Positions 48,798-58,314 of a stretch of DNA of 64,000 nucleotides are shown here, piece after piece. This DNA comes from a virus (lineage: Duplodnaviria; Caudoviricetes). The notes beneath the pieces were generated by a model. That model had not been told where the DNA came from and made no database searches. It saw nothing but the letters and a program-made list of their open reading frames with translations. The stretch is taken from IMG/VR virus record IMGVR_UViG_3300028048_003161; one strand, 5' to 3'. The translations under genes were made by a program, and so were the position numbers. How positions within the stretch are numbered: position 1 is the stretch's first letter; each line of letters begins with the position of its first letter.

Positions 48798-49544
48798 GTG
48801 AAGAGACACAAGAAAAATAAAGATCCTAACAGCTTAACTTTAGGTGAGCATTTAAGAGAACTGAAGAAACGTGTATTTAGCATATTACTAGCATTTGTTG
48901 TAGTATTTATACTAGCCTATGTGAAAAGTGAAAACATATTAGCATTTGTGATGTCTTTAGGTAAAAGGGCAGGATACACATTTGTATATATTTCACCTCA
49001 AGAAGTAATTCTACAGCAGTTAAGAATTGCAGGAGTGTTTTCAATAATTGTGGTATTGCCTTTGATAATTTATCACATTGCAAGGTTTGTTTCACCTGTA
49101 TTTACAAGTAAGCATGCTTTTAGAAAGTTGATACTTATAGGAATTGGAGCAATCCTGTTCTTTGTAGCTGGTACACTATTCGCTTATAAGGTGTTACTTC
49201 CTTTTGTATATCAGTTCTTTTATGGGCTAGGAAATGACTTAGGGATTCAAGCCAATGTATCATTGGATGAATATTTGTCATTGTTCTTAACAATTGAAAT
49301 TTGTTTGGGGGTTGTGACAGAAATGCCTTTAGCTTGTTTGGTTTTAACAAGGGCAGGAGTAATAAATTCAACCTTGTTGAAAAAGGGAAGGGTAGTAGCA
49401 ACAGTGATAATATTCATTGTTGGAGCAATTATAACACCTCCTGATGTGGTTTCACAGTGTATGGTTGCAATACCTATGGTTGGTTTATATCAGTTAAGCA
49501 TTTGGGTAAGCACTTTAGCAGAAAAGAAAAAGAGAGGTAAGTAA
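48798..49544 (+). CDS. tatC: Twin-arginine translocase subunit TatC
   Basis: TLGEHLRELKKR, SPQE, FVSP, EMP, AIITPPD, LYQ; six TM helices. Confidence 0.95.
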   Translation: MKRHKKNKDPNSLTLGEHLRELKKRVFSILLAFVVVFILAYVKSENILAFVMSLGKRAGYTFVYISPQEVILQQLRIAGVFSIIVVLPLIIYHIARFVSPVFTSKHAFRKLILIGIGAILFFVAGTLFAYKVLLPFVYQFFYGLGNDLGIQANVSLDEYLSLFLTIEICLGVVTEMPLACLVLTRAGVINSTLLKKGRVVATVIIFIVGAIITPPDVVSQCMVAIPMVGLYQLSIWVSTLAEKKKRGK

Positions 49545-49547
49545 GAA

Positions 49548-49673
49548 ATGAGTGACAGCACAAAGAAAATTACAATTATTGGCACTGGTGCCATAGTTAT
49601 AGCTGTTATTATTGGTGTAGTTCATACAGTTGCAAAGATTGTTCCTGCTATGGTTGATGATTATGAGGACTAG
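49548..49673 (+). CDS. Small membrane peptide (41 aa) within the Tat/rSAM cluster
   Basis: GAGG RBS; MSDSTKKITIIGTGAIVIAVIIGVVHTVAKIVPAMVDDYED*; single TM. Confidence 0.55.
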   Translation: MSDSTKKITIIGTGAIVIAVIIGVVHTVAKIVPAMVDDYED

Positions 49674-49721
49674 GAATTATAAAAAGTGAGACAAGTAGTT
49701 TATTTTAGGAGGCAGTCAGAA

Positions 49722-49991
49722 ATGAAAGAGGATACAGAGAGTAAAATAACTAGAGCAGAGTTCTTAAAGAAATCTGCATTAGGAATGGCTGCTGTAGCAC
49801 TTGCAGCAAAGTTTGGAACAGGTATTGTTTCAACACCTAGTCCTACACAAAGTAAGAGTAGTGGAGGTACTTGTGTGAGTGCAGTAGCACCGAGTGATAA
49901 GACAGTTGTTTGGATTGACACAGCTCATGGGGGTATTACAAAATATTGGGATGGACATGAGTGGAAACCTACAGTTGCTACTTGGGGTTAA
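49722..49991 (+). CDS. Small Tat-signal protein (variant TRAEFLK motif)
   Basis: AGGAGG RBS; ITRAEFLKKS plus hydrophobic h-region; C-terminal APS...WIDT...KYWDG..W module. Confidence 0.7.
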   Translation: MKEDTESKITRAEFLKKSALGMAAVALAAKFGTGIVSTPSPTQSKSSGGTCVSAVAPSDKTVVWIDTAHGGITKYWDGHEWKPTVATWG

Positions 49992-50019
49992 ATAGGAGCA
50001 TAAGAGTAGAGGTTTTAAC

Positions 50020-50598
50020 ATGAAGGCAAAAAAGGTAAAAGAGTTAAAAAGGAAACTCAAAAATGAACTGCGTAGAAGAAATGGTTATGGTTCAGTTGCT
50101 CATTTAGCTGCTAACAGGTACAACTTTGATGAGCAACCAGAAGATGGTAAGCCAATTAAAGCAGAGCATGGAGAAAAAACAGTTAATCTATTACTTCAAA
50201 TAGAGGACATTGAAGGTCTGACAGCAGTCAGGAAAGGTGATCCGATACCTGAAGCTTTTAACGAAAAGCTTATTGAAGTTGTAGAAAAGCTTGCAGGAGA
50301 AGAAATGAATGGTGAGTCAGAGTTCACTGCAAGAGTGATACATACAAACAAAAAGGCAGAGAGGTCATCTTGTAGAGCAGAATGTACAGGTTTATGTGTA
50401 GGAAGTTGCATAGGGTTTTGCAATGGATGCCATGGTTGTACAGGATGTAGCGGTACTTGTGAGGGTGAACGTGCAATTACAGGTGCTGAACAGAGAAGAG
50501 TGAATAGATGCGTTAGGACAATGAGAACATCAGTTGATAATTCTAATTGGGCAGGAATTAAGGCAGGTATTTATAATGAAGTAATTAAAAATAAATAA
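50020..50598 (+). CDS. Cys-rich CXXX-repeat precursor/target of the radical SAM maturase
   Basis: CRAECTGLCVGSCIGFCNGCHGCTGCSGTC (9 Cys at 3-4 residue spacing) upstream of a CXXX-type rSAM. Confidence 0.75.
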   Translation: MKAKKVKELKRKLKNELRRRNGYGSVAHLAANRYNFDEQPEDGKPIKAEHGEKTVNLLLQIEDIEGLTAVRKGDPIPEAFNEKLIEVVEKLAGEEMNGESEFTARVIHTNKKAERSSCRAECTGLCVGSCIGFCNGCHGCTGCSGTCEGERAITGAEQRRVNRCVRTMRTSVDNSNWAGIKAGIYNEVIKNK

Positions 50599-50613
50599 TT
50601 TTGGAGAAAAATA

Positions 50614-50931
50614 ATGGAGAAACTAGACATTAAAGACAATGGATTGCATGTTTATGATGTACCTGAACGTTATCAATATGTAATTAACAGAGGTACATTT
50701 GAATTGAGTAAGGCAGCAAGCAATATTGCTTTTATGCTTGACAAACATTTGGATGATCCTGATTGGTTGGACAGTGAGTTGTATCAGCAGCTCGAGCATA
50801 GGTTGATTGAGACATCAATTAACAACTGGGTTTATACAAATGGTGCATTACTTGCTATGGGAATTGACCCTGCAAAGTATGCTTGGAAAATAAGCAGAGA
50901 CTATACAGAAATAGCAGTTCAAAGGAGATAA
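50614..50931 (+). CDS. CXXX-system accessory protein (putative)
   Basis: 105 aa; H.DD...S.LYQ..E and C-terminal W.I pattern weakly like the repeats of ORF 52506. Confidence 0.55.
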   Translation: MEKLDIKDNGLHVYDVPERYQYVINRGTFELSKAASNIAFMLDKHLDDPDWLDSELYQQLEHRLIETSINNWVYTNGALLAMGIDPAKYAWKISRDYTEIAVQRR

Positions 50932-50933
50932 AC

Positions 50934-52442
50934 ATGGAAAAGCAACGTAGGAAAAGAAAGAAATTCCTTCAATTTAACGAATGGATTTCTAATATGTACC
51001 CTGAATATGTGAGACAGGCTCAGGAAAGAGCAGGTGGGGTATCACTTACAGACCTGGAGAAAGAAAATCATAGGGCAATTCCTTTATCAAAGGAATTTAC
51101 ATTTCAGGTTACAGACAAATGTAATTTAGCATGTACATATTGTTATCAGATCAACAAGTCAACAAGGAGGATGCCATTTGAAACTGCAAAGATTGCAGTT
51201 GATAAGTTATTAAGCGGCGCAGATGGGTTTGGTGATTACGTCAATCCTGAAACATCACCAGCTATTGTACTTGACTTCATTGGTGGTGAGCCTTTCTTGG
51301 AGGTTGAACTCATTGATCAGATTGTGGATTACTTTAGAGAACAAGCTATTAAGCTTAGACACCCTTGGGCAGAGAAATTTGCAATCAGCATTTGTACAAA
51401 TGGAGTACTTTACAAGGATCCTAAGGTACAAAAGTTTTTGCAGAAGAATACAGCTAATTTGAGTTTGTCTGTCACAGTTGATGGAATTAAGGAACTTCAT
51501 GATGCTTGTAGAATATTCCCTGATGGCAGACCTTCATATGATTTAGCTCATGGAGCAGCACTTGATTGGATGGCTCGTGGTTATGACATGGGAAGTAAGA
51601 TCACAATCGCACCTAACAACATTAAGTTTTTATCAAAGAGTCTTAAGCAAATGGTTGAGGATGGTTACTATGACATCAATGCTAACTGTGTATACGAGGA
51701 TGTTTGGAAACCTGAACATGCAACAGAACTTTACTATCAGTGTAAAGATTTCACAGACTTTATCAAAGATAAGATTGATCTGTTTGATTATAGTTTCTCA
51801 CTTTTACAAGAAAGATGTGGTAACCCTCTGTTAGAGAGTGATAACAATAACTGGTGTGGTGGTACAGGAGACATGTTAGCAGTAGATCCTGATGGAAGAA
51901 TCTTCCCTTGCATCAGATATATGGAGAGTAGCCTTGGCACACAGCAGAAGCCTATTGTTATTGGTGATGTGTGGAGAGGTATTGCACAGAAACCTTGTGA
52001 GAAAGAATGTTTAGAGTGCATGGGAAAAATCACTAGACGTTCACAGTCAACAGATGAGTGCTTCTATTGTCCAATTGGACAGGGTTGTGGCTGGTGTTCA
52101 GGGTTTAATTACCAGACATTTGGTACAGTCAACAAGAGAGCAACATTTACATGTGAGATGCATAAGTCACAGGCTTTAGCATCCTGCTATTTCAATAACA
52201 GTTTTGCTTTATTAAGCGAGAGATACAAAGATTTTGCAATGGACTTATGGGTTCCTGAGCAGTGGGCAGTTCCTATGATTGGTCAGGAAGAATATGACAA
52301 GCTTGTAGGAATGTGTAGACAGCTTGGTAGGTATGTAAATGATCAGAATGCTACAATGGTTAAGATACATGCAGATGAGGGCAGCGGTGAAATTTCTGAT
52401 TACATTCATAATCAGGATAAGATTGAGGTGCTGGCACGATAA
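50934..52442 (+). CDS. Radical SAM/SPASM peptide maturase, CXXX-repeat target family
   Basis: FQVTDKCNLACTYCYQ (CxxxCxxC), FIGGEP, SPASM CGGTG...GRIFPC and CFYC...GCGWC; start ATG 50934 after AAGGAG. Confidence 0.9.
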   Translation: MEKQRRKRKKFLQFNEWISNMYPEYVRQAQERAGGVSLTDLEKENHRAIPLSKEFTFQVTDKCNLACTYCYQINKSTRRMPFETAKIAVDKLLSGADGFGDYVNPETSPAIVLDFIGGEPFLEVELIDQIVDYFREQAIKLRHPWAEKFAISICTNGVLYKDPKVQKFLQKNTANLSLSVTVDGIKELHDACRIFPDGRPSYDLAHGAALDWMARGYDMGSKITIAPNNIKFLSKSLKQMVEDGYYDINANCVYEDVWKPEHATELYYQCKDFTDFIKDKIDLFDYSFSLLQERCGNPLLESDNNNWCGGTGDMLAVDPDGRIFPCIRYMESSLGTQQKPIVIGDVWRGIAQKPCEKECLECMGKITRRSQSTDECFYCPIGQGCGWCSGFNYQTFGTVNKRATFTCEMHKSQALASCYFNNSFALLSERYKDFAMDLWVPEQWAVPMIGQEEYDKLVGMCRQLGRYVNDQNATMVKIHADEGSGEISDYIHNQDKIEVLAR

Positions 52443-52505
52443 TAATAGGTATTAACTATTTGTTTAATAGTTAAGATATAAATAATTAAAAAGGAGATAT
52501 TAAAA

Positions 52506-53177
52506 ATGAAGATTACAGAAAAGATTATCAAAGTAAGCACGGAGGATACCAATAATGTGCAGACTTTAGACTTGAGACAGCAGGCTTTGGAGAACACAAT
52601 TGTTTCGTTTGTAGAGATGCATGCACTTGATGAGACACCTGCAGTACAGGAGAGTCCTATGATGCAGAGATACGAAGAGCGTTATGAAGATGCTCTGATG
52701 GCGTTTGATTCAGCTAAGTCAGCAATCGCTGATAAGTACATCGACGAAGAAATGCAGAAGATCTGTTCTAAGTGGTCACTTGAGTACAACACTTGTGAGT
52801 TAAAGTGTGAGGTTTCAGAGGGATTCAAGAATGACGATGCAGCTATTAAGGATGTGATCATCACAGTTTCAGAGGAAGATGCAAAGAAGATTCATAAGCT
52901 GGACATTAAACAGCAGGCACTTCAGAATATCGTTGCTTCATTTGCAGAGATGCATGCACTTGACAGTACATATGCTGCTCAGGAGAGTACTATGATGCAG
53001 AGATATGAGGAAAGATATGCAGAGGCTTTAACAGCATTTGATACTGCTAAGTCAGAATTAGCAGACAAGTATATTAGTAAAGAGATGCAGGAAGTTGTAG
53101 CTAAATGGTCATTAGAGTATGACAGCTGCGAACTTAAGTGCAAGGTACCTGCTGATTATGAGTATAAAGCAGAGTAA
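52506..53177 (+). CDS. CXXX-repeat modification system accessory protein, tandem duplicated domain
   Basis: Two ~105 aa copies sharing QQAL..SF.EMHALD..QES.MMQRYEERY..AL.AFD.AKS..ADKYI..EMQ...KWSLEY..CELKC. Confidence 0.7.
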   Translation: MKITEKIIKVSTEDTNNVQTLDLRQQALENTIVSFVEMHALDETPAVQESPMMQRYEERYEDALMAFDSAKSAIADKYIDEEMQKICSKWSLEYNTCELKCEVSEGFKNDDAAIKDVIITVSEEDAKKIHKLDIKQQALQNIVASFAEMHALDSTYAAQESTMMQRYEERYAEALTAFDTAKSELADKYISKEMQEVVAKWSLEYDSCELKCKVPADYEYKAE

Positions 53178-53302
53178 TAAAAGAGAGATAGACAGGACAG
53201 CTTAAATTGGTGCACATGTTGGTTTAATACTGACATGTGCATTGATTGATGTTTATAGAGAAGAGACATTAAAGGTAGACATAAGAGAGGGAGGATAAAG
53301 CA

Positions 53303-54085
53303 GTGAAAAACAAGGTATTAGCTTTATTTTTAACATTAACAATTACATCTGCAACGTTTACAGGTTGTGGAGAGGCTAAAACAGTAGTTGCACCTGTACC
53401 TAGCACTCAATCAGAAGTGCAGACAAATAATACAGAAGTTGCAGAGGTAGTCAATGAAGAGACAGAGGGTACAGAGGTTGCTGATGAAGCACCAGTAGAA
53501 GTAAACAAAGAGTACAGGTCAATACCTGGTGGTAATCTTGTAGAAGAGGCAACTGATACATCTTCAAAATACAAGATTCATTGGAAGTATGGCAGTTCAG
53601 ACAGCAAGATTGAGTTTGAGTCAGTTTATGGAAATATTGGATCATTCAAAAATGAAGAGCAGCCAGATGATGATGGAGTAGTTAGACTTTGTACACAGAC
53701 AGACTGGGTTTCAGTTGTAGACTGGGGTGGTTCTGATGACTACACAGCTAAGGCACAGGCAAAAGATCTGAAAGCAAAAGATGCATTGAAAGCATTTGAC
53801 AGTCTTAAGCCTGATTATGATAAAGCAGTGACAGATGACAGTAACAGTGACGAATTAAAGGTTTATACAGCATTTGGTAATGCAGACAGTGCTGATGGCA
53901 TTCATGGTTATGTGGTTAACATCAGGAACTTCAAACTTCACAAGTCAGCTAATGTCATTGTTGAGGGTAGAGAGGGACTTAACTACAATGATGAGTACCT
54001 GAAACAAATTGTTGATACAATGCACATTGGTACATTCGATGACACTGAGGTCGTTGAGAGTAAGAGTGATAAAAGCAGTAAATAA
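53303..54085 (+). CDS. Lipoprotein
   Basis: Signal with FTGC lipobox. Confidence 0.75.
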   Translation: MKNKVLALFLTLTITSATFTGCGEAKTVVAPVPSTQSEVQTNNTEVAEVVNEETEGTEVADEAPVEVNKEYRSIPGGNLVEEATDTSSKYKIHWKYGSSDSKIEFESVYGNIGSFKNEEQPDDDGVVRLCTQTDWVSVVDWGGSDDYTAKAQAKDLKAKDALKAFDSLKPDYDKAVTDDSNSDELKVYTAFGNADSADGIHGYVVNIRNFKLHKSANVIVEGREGLNYNDEYLKQIVDTMHIGTFDDTEVVESKSDKSSK

Positions 54086-54123
54086 TGGATTAGCAGGTAA
54101 TTAAAGAGACTTGCTTAAAATAG

Positions 54124-54161
54124 AAAATGCTCAACATTTAGAATAGGTGTTGGGCATTTTT
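54124..54161 (+). terminator. Intrinsic terminator
   Basis: aaaatgctcaaca...tgttgggcattttt. Confidence 0.7.
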
Positions 54162-54196
54162 GATTAAAGAGAGAAAGAAAAAGGAGGGAGGAAAAT

Positions 54197-55240
54197 ATGA
54201 AGAAGTCAAGAGTAATTAGTTTATTAACAGCTATTGTAATTGGGGCAAGCTTAACAGGTTGTGGTATGGACTTGCACTATACAGTAGATACACAGGGTAA
54301 GACACATGAAGAGAATACAATCTACGTAACAGATGAAGAAGATAAACAGCTTGGTTTTGCTGAAAGTGCTAAGGATAAAGATAATGGCATAACCTACATG
54401 GGCACTCAAGAAGTCAATGGTAAGCAGTATAGAGTTTATCATGCAGTAGAGACAGAGAAAAACAAGGATAAGGACGCCATTAAAATTGGCGGACCTCAAT
54501 TGTTTGACAAGACAGAGTTTGTAATGAGTTACAATAACTCAGGTAAGTCAGACAATGCCACAGAGTGGCAAAACGTGTATGTTAGTATGAATGATCCTGT
54601 ATTGTTTACAAATGGCGAACTTTCAACTAATGGAAAGAACGTTGAGTTTAAGAATGTGCAGGATAAAAAAGGTACTGGTCTGCTTTATGTTTATACGAAG
54701 TCAGCTAAAAATGGTGTAATGCTTTCTAGTAAAAATATGAATACAGTTACATCTGAGAAGATGAAGCAGGGTGGAACAATGAATGTTACAGAGAAAAATG
54801 CAATGGTTACATCTAAAGTAGGTTATGGACTTACAAAAGATGGAACAATCAACATTGTAACTCCTGATAAGGTACAGAAGGTAACAGTGAATGGCAAGGC
54901 AGTTTCATTTAAGGGCAATAAGATTAAGCTTAGTAAGAGTGGAACATACACAGTAAAAGTAAAGACAAGGTACTTTAATAATAAATTCAAGCTTGTGGTT
55001 GATAAAACTAGACCTACAATTACAGGTAGGATGTCAGATAAAAAGATGGATGTATCAGTGACAGATAATGACAAAAACATGAGTGTTTATGTGGATGACA
55101 AAGCATCATTTGCAACTGCAAAGAAATTAAAGGGTGGTAAATATAATATGACAATGAAAGTCACTGGAAATGGGAAACATACAGTAAAAGCAGTAGATTC
55201 AGCAGGAAATGTACATAAAGTTACATTTACAATTAGATAA
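54197..55240 (+). CDS. Lipoprotein with C-terminal Ig-like beta domains
   Basis: LTGC lipobox; VDKTRPTI...GKHTVKAVDSAGN Ig-like motif. Confidence 0.75.
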   Translation: MKKSRVISLLTAIVIGASLTGCGMDLHYTVDTQGKTHEENTIYVTDEEDKQLGFAESAKDKDNGITYMGTQEVNGKQYRVYHAVETEKNKDKDAIKIGGPQLFDKTEFVMSYNNSGKSDNATEWQNVYVSMNDPVLFTNGELSTNGKNVEFKNVQDKKGTGLLYVYTKSAKNGVMLSSKNMNTVTSEKMKQGGTMNVTEKNAMVTSKVGYGLTKDGTINIVTPDKVQKVTVNGKAVSFKGNKIKLSKSGTYTVKVKTRYFNNKFKLVVDKTRPTITGRMSDKKMDVSVTDNDKNMSVYVDDKASFATAKKLKGGKYNMTMKVTGNGKHTVKAVDSAGNVHKVTFTIR

Positions 55241-55253
55241 TGGAGAAAAGATT

Positions 55254-56258
55254 ATGAGTGATATAAAAAATAATGGTTTAGCAGAGGATGAGGTCATTGA
55301 GGACTTCTCCTCTTCTGTAATACCAGAGGAAAATTCAAAAAAGAGCAATAAAAAGAAAGACAACAGTAAGTATTTTAAGAAAATACTTCTGGGGATAATC
55401 ATGGCACTTGTGTTGATTGGTATTGGCATATATGCAAAGAGCAATAGTGAACAAGATAAGCATATCAATGTAAGTGACAATACAGAAAGTAAAAATGGTT
55501 TGGCAGTTACAAATAATGGTGATACAGAAGTAGTTGGTGATGCTAGCACAGAAATTGTGAGTAGTACAGAGGCTACAGGCAGTGAGGACATTGATAAAAT
55601 TGTAAGAAGCAACATTGTAAAAAGCAATGTACCTAAGAAAACAGTGAAAGGTACAAAGAGTAAACCTGCTAAGGCAGGTGAATGGGTAAAAGTACCTGTA
55701 ACAATTAACACTAAATTAAATGATAAAGCATCATTTGATAATTACAAGTCATATGTTTATGTGAAAATGAACAAGGTAGTTTCTGGGTATGATCAAGTTG
55801 TTGAATATATTAACAACTATAATGCTTTAAGCAACATAGTTGTAAATGTAGATAACAATGATAAAAAAGATGTCAAGATTGCAATGTATGAGTTCGAGCT
55901 TGTGTATAATGATGAGTACCCTACTTACATGTCAAGGGATAAGATTTATGCAATGCCTGATTTGAAGTTATCACTTAAGGGAACAGTGGATCAGCTTGAT
56001 AATAGAAAACTTGACAAGAAGAAATCAAGTGATTACATTGTAGTTGGTTCTAAAATTTATAATGTGGCTGATGCAACAAGTATTACAGATAAGCAGGTGG
56101 ATGAAACAAATGGTACATCAATAAATAACAAGATAGTTTATAGGTTTGTGGTTTATGTACCTAAGGGTGCAAATAGTGACAACTATGTTGAAAAGGTTAA
56201 CATTAAGATTGATAAAAACAAGCAGGATGCTTATTTTATAGGGCAAGCAATAAAGTAA
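55254..56258 (+). CDS. Membrane-anchored extracellular protein
   Basis: Single TM after basic stretch; start ATG 55254. Confidence 0.7.
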   Translation: MSDIKNNGLAEDEVIEDFSSSVIPEENSKKSNKKKDNSKYFKKILLGIIMALVLIGIGIYAKSNSEQDKHINVSDNTESKNGLAVTNNGDTEVVGDASTEIVSSTEATGSEDIDKIVRSNIVKSNVPKKTVKGTKSKPAKAGEWVKVPVTINTKLNDKASFDNYKSYVYVKMNKVVSGYDQVVEYINNYNALSNIVVNVDNNDKKDVKIAMYEFELVYNDEYPTYMSRDKIYAMPDLKLSLKGTVDQLDNRKLDKKKSSDYIVVGSKIYNVADATSITDKQVDETNGTSINNKIVYRFVVYVPKGANSDNYVEKVNIKIDKNKQDAYFIGQAIK

Positions 56259-56282
56259 CAAGTTACGGGTGGAAATAAAGAG

Positions 56283-57047
56283 ATGTTACATTGGGATGAA
56301 AAAGATGCATTAAAAGCGTTAGGGGTTGATCAAGAAACAGAATTAAAGCAGAGGTATTTAGATTATAATGCAAATGATAGAGAGGAAATTACATCTGAAT
56401 TATATTCTTTGCTTAAGAAGAATAGAGCAAAGCAGATGAGGAATAACCTGTTATACATTGCTGCAATAACTGCTATCTTTCTTTCTTGTTTTCTGGTCAT
56501 CAGATATGTAAATGACTTCAGTGAATCATTACTGGCTACACAGAATATTTCAATCAGTTTCCCTTCTAGTTTGATATATGACAATGAGAGAGATAGCGGG
56601 TATCAAGCAAATTTCATTAAGGATCATAACTTAAATGATATAAGCACAGGTGCTGATGGGGCATTAGTATTAAGTCTTAATAGGGAAGATAGGGATGCAT
56701 TAAGGAATTACTACAAGCAGTTAATGAATGACTATAAAGACACTTTAATTAAGGATGATAGTAATGATATTGTTAAGGTCAATATAAGTAAGGACTATAA
56801 GAAAATAACCATTACAGTGGATAGTGATGAGGTTAGCAAGCTTGATTACTTGCACAGCAGTATAGTTTATGCTCAAGTTCAGAAATATATGATTGTCAGC
56901 GGTAAAGAAATAAGTGATTACAGTGATGTTATGATTAAGAGCAGTGAGAATGGAAAAGTACTTGGAACATTGAACGATTACAGAGTAAAATTCGACGATG
57001 TAATTAGTGATTACAGCGTTGAAATTAAAAAAATTACTAAAAAATAA
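56283..57047 (+). CDS. Membrane-anchored protein
   Basis: Single TM helix. Confidence 0.65.
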   Translation: MLHWDEKDALKALGVDQETELKQRYLDYNANDREEITSELYSLLKKNRAKQMRNNLLYIAAITAIFLSCFLVIRYVNDFSESLLATQNISISFPSSLIYDNERDSGYQANFIKDHNLNDISTGADGALVLSLNREDRDALRNYYKQLMNDYKDTLIKDDSNDIVKVNISKDYKKITITVDSDEVSKLDYLHSSIVYAQVQKYMIVSGKEISDYSDVMIKSSENGKVLGTLNDYRVKFDDVISDYSVEIKKITKK

Positions 57048-57055
57048 TAACATTG

Positions 57056-57088
57056 AAATGTCTCACAGACCTGTTGTGAGACATTTTT
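57056..57088 (+). terminator. Intrinsic terminator
   Basis: aaatgtctcaca...tgtgagacattttt. Confidence 0.75.
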
Positions 57089-57148
57089 ATATTGTAAGTA
57101 TATTTAATAAATAATTTGTTTAATATAAGAAAGCGAGGATTTTTAATT

Positions 57149-58297
57149 ATGGCAAACTTAAGCATTCCAGCAGTTAGTGTAGGACAGTTCAATCAGATCG
57201 TGGAGCAGCAGATCAGAGAAGAGAACTACAGACCTATTATTGGTTTAGGCAAGGGTGGTATTGGTAAGTCTGAATCACTGGGAGACCTGGCAAAGAGACT
57301 TGGTATTGGATATATTGACTTAAGACTTCTGTTATATACAGAGACAGACTTAAAGGGTATTCCTTATCCTAGCGTTGATCATAAGAAAACAGTCTGGCTG
57401 ACAAATGATATTTTACCTCAGTTTGATGCAGAGCATCCTGAAAACAGCAGAGATCCTGAAAGAGGAATTCTTGTACTTGATGAAGTTACATCAGCAAGTA
57501 AGAGTGTAAGAACAGCAGCTTATCAGCTCCTGCAGGAAAGAAAGTTAAATGACTATGTACTTCCTGAGAAATGGCTTGTAGTATGTATTGGAAATGGTGA
57601 GGACGATGGCGGTGAGTACAATGGTATCGAGCCTAACTTTGCTAACAGGTGCTCTGTTTATGAGGTAGTTGCAAAGTTTGATGAGTGGAAAACATGGGCG
57701 GTTGCACATGGGGTAAATCCTATGGTCATTGCTTATCTGAATACTAACAATCAGGATTTTCACAACTTCAACCCTGATTCTGATACAGACCTTGTGTTTG
57801 CATCGCCTCGTTCATGGAAGGCAGTAAGCGACATTCTGAATATGAATGAGTTCAATCCTGAAAATGAAGTGTTACTTGCAAGAATGGAAGCTAACGTAGG
57901 TAGTGGTCCAGTTGTAGCATTTAAAACTTTCATGGAGTACAAAAATCAGATGCTGAATACAGATGCTATTTTGGCAGGAGATTTTCCTGAGGTTGATAAC
58001 ATTCCTAATGAGGTTCTGTACATTACCTTAACAAACTTAAGCAGTAAGATGGCAGAGATTTTTGAGAGATGCCAGAAGAAGGGTGGCTTTGATGATGTGG
58101 CTCTGCATCAGGTAGGAAATGCAGTACGTTGGGTACTTGATCCTGATAGACCTAAGGAGTTCAGTGCTATGGCAGTAAATGACCTTATCAGATCAAATAA
58201 GGATGCATTTACAAGTTTATTAGGAAGTCAGCAGTTTAAGAATATCTGTCCTGAACTTAGTAACTTTGCATGTACTAACAGAAACATCTACAGATAA
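57149..58297 (+). CDS. MoxR-like AAA+ ATPase (usual partner of DUF2201/VWA proteins)
   Basis: GKGGIGKS, DLRL...DLKGIP, LVLDE, GN, ANR, SPRSW. Confidence 0.85.
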   Translation: MANLSIPAVSVGQFNQIVEQQIREENYRPIIGLGKGGIGKSESLGDLAKRLGIGYIDLRLLLYTETDLKGIPYPSVDHKKTVWLTNDILPQFDAEHPENSRDPERGILVLDEVTSASKSVRTAAYQLLQERKLNDYVLPEKWLVVCIGNGEDDGGEYNGIEPNFANRCSVYEVVAKFDEWKTWAVAHGVNPMVIAYLNTNNQDFHNFNPDSDTDLVFASPRSWKAVSDILNMNEFNPENEVLLARMEANVGSGPVVAFKTFMEYKNQMLNTDAILAGDFPEVDNIPNEVLYITLTNLSSKMAEIFERCQKKGGFDDVALHQVGNAVRWVLDPDRPKEFSAMAVNDLIRSNKDAFTSLLGSQQFKNICPELSNFACTNRNIYR

Positions 58298-58314
58298 GAT
58301 CAACAGGTGAGAGC

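Noticed and set aside
50020-50598. Tat signal in the Cys-rich protein (ELRRRNG), or a ferredoxin
   Set aside because: No FLK or hydrophobic h-region after the arginines; Cys spacing and the rSAM neighbour fit a CXXX target better than a CxxCxxCxxxCP ferredoxin
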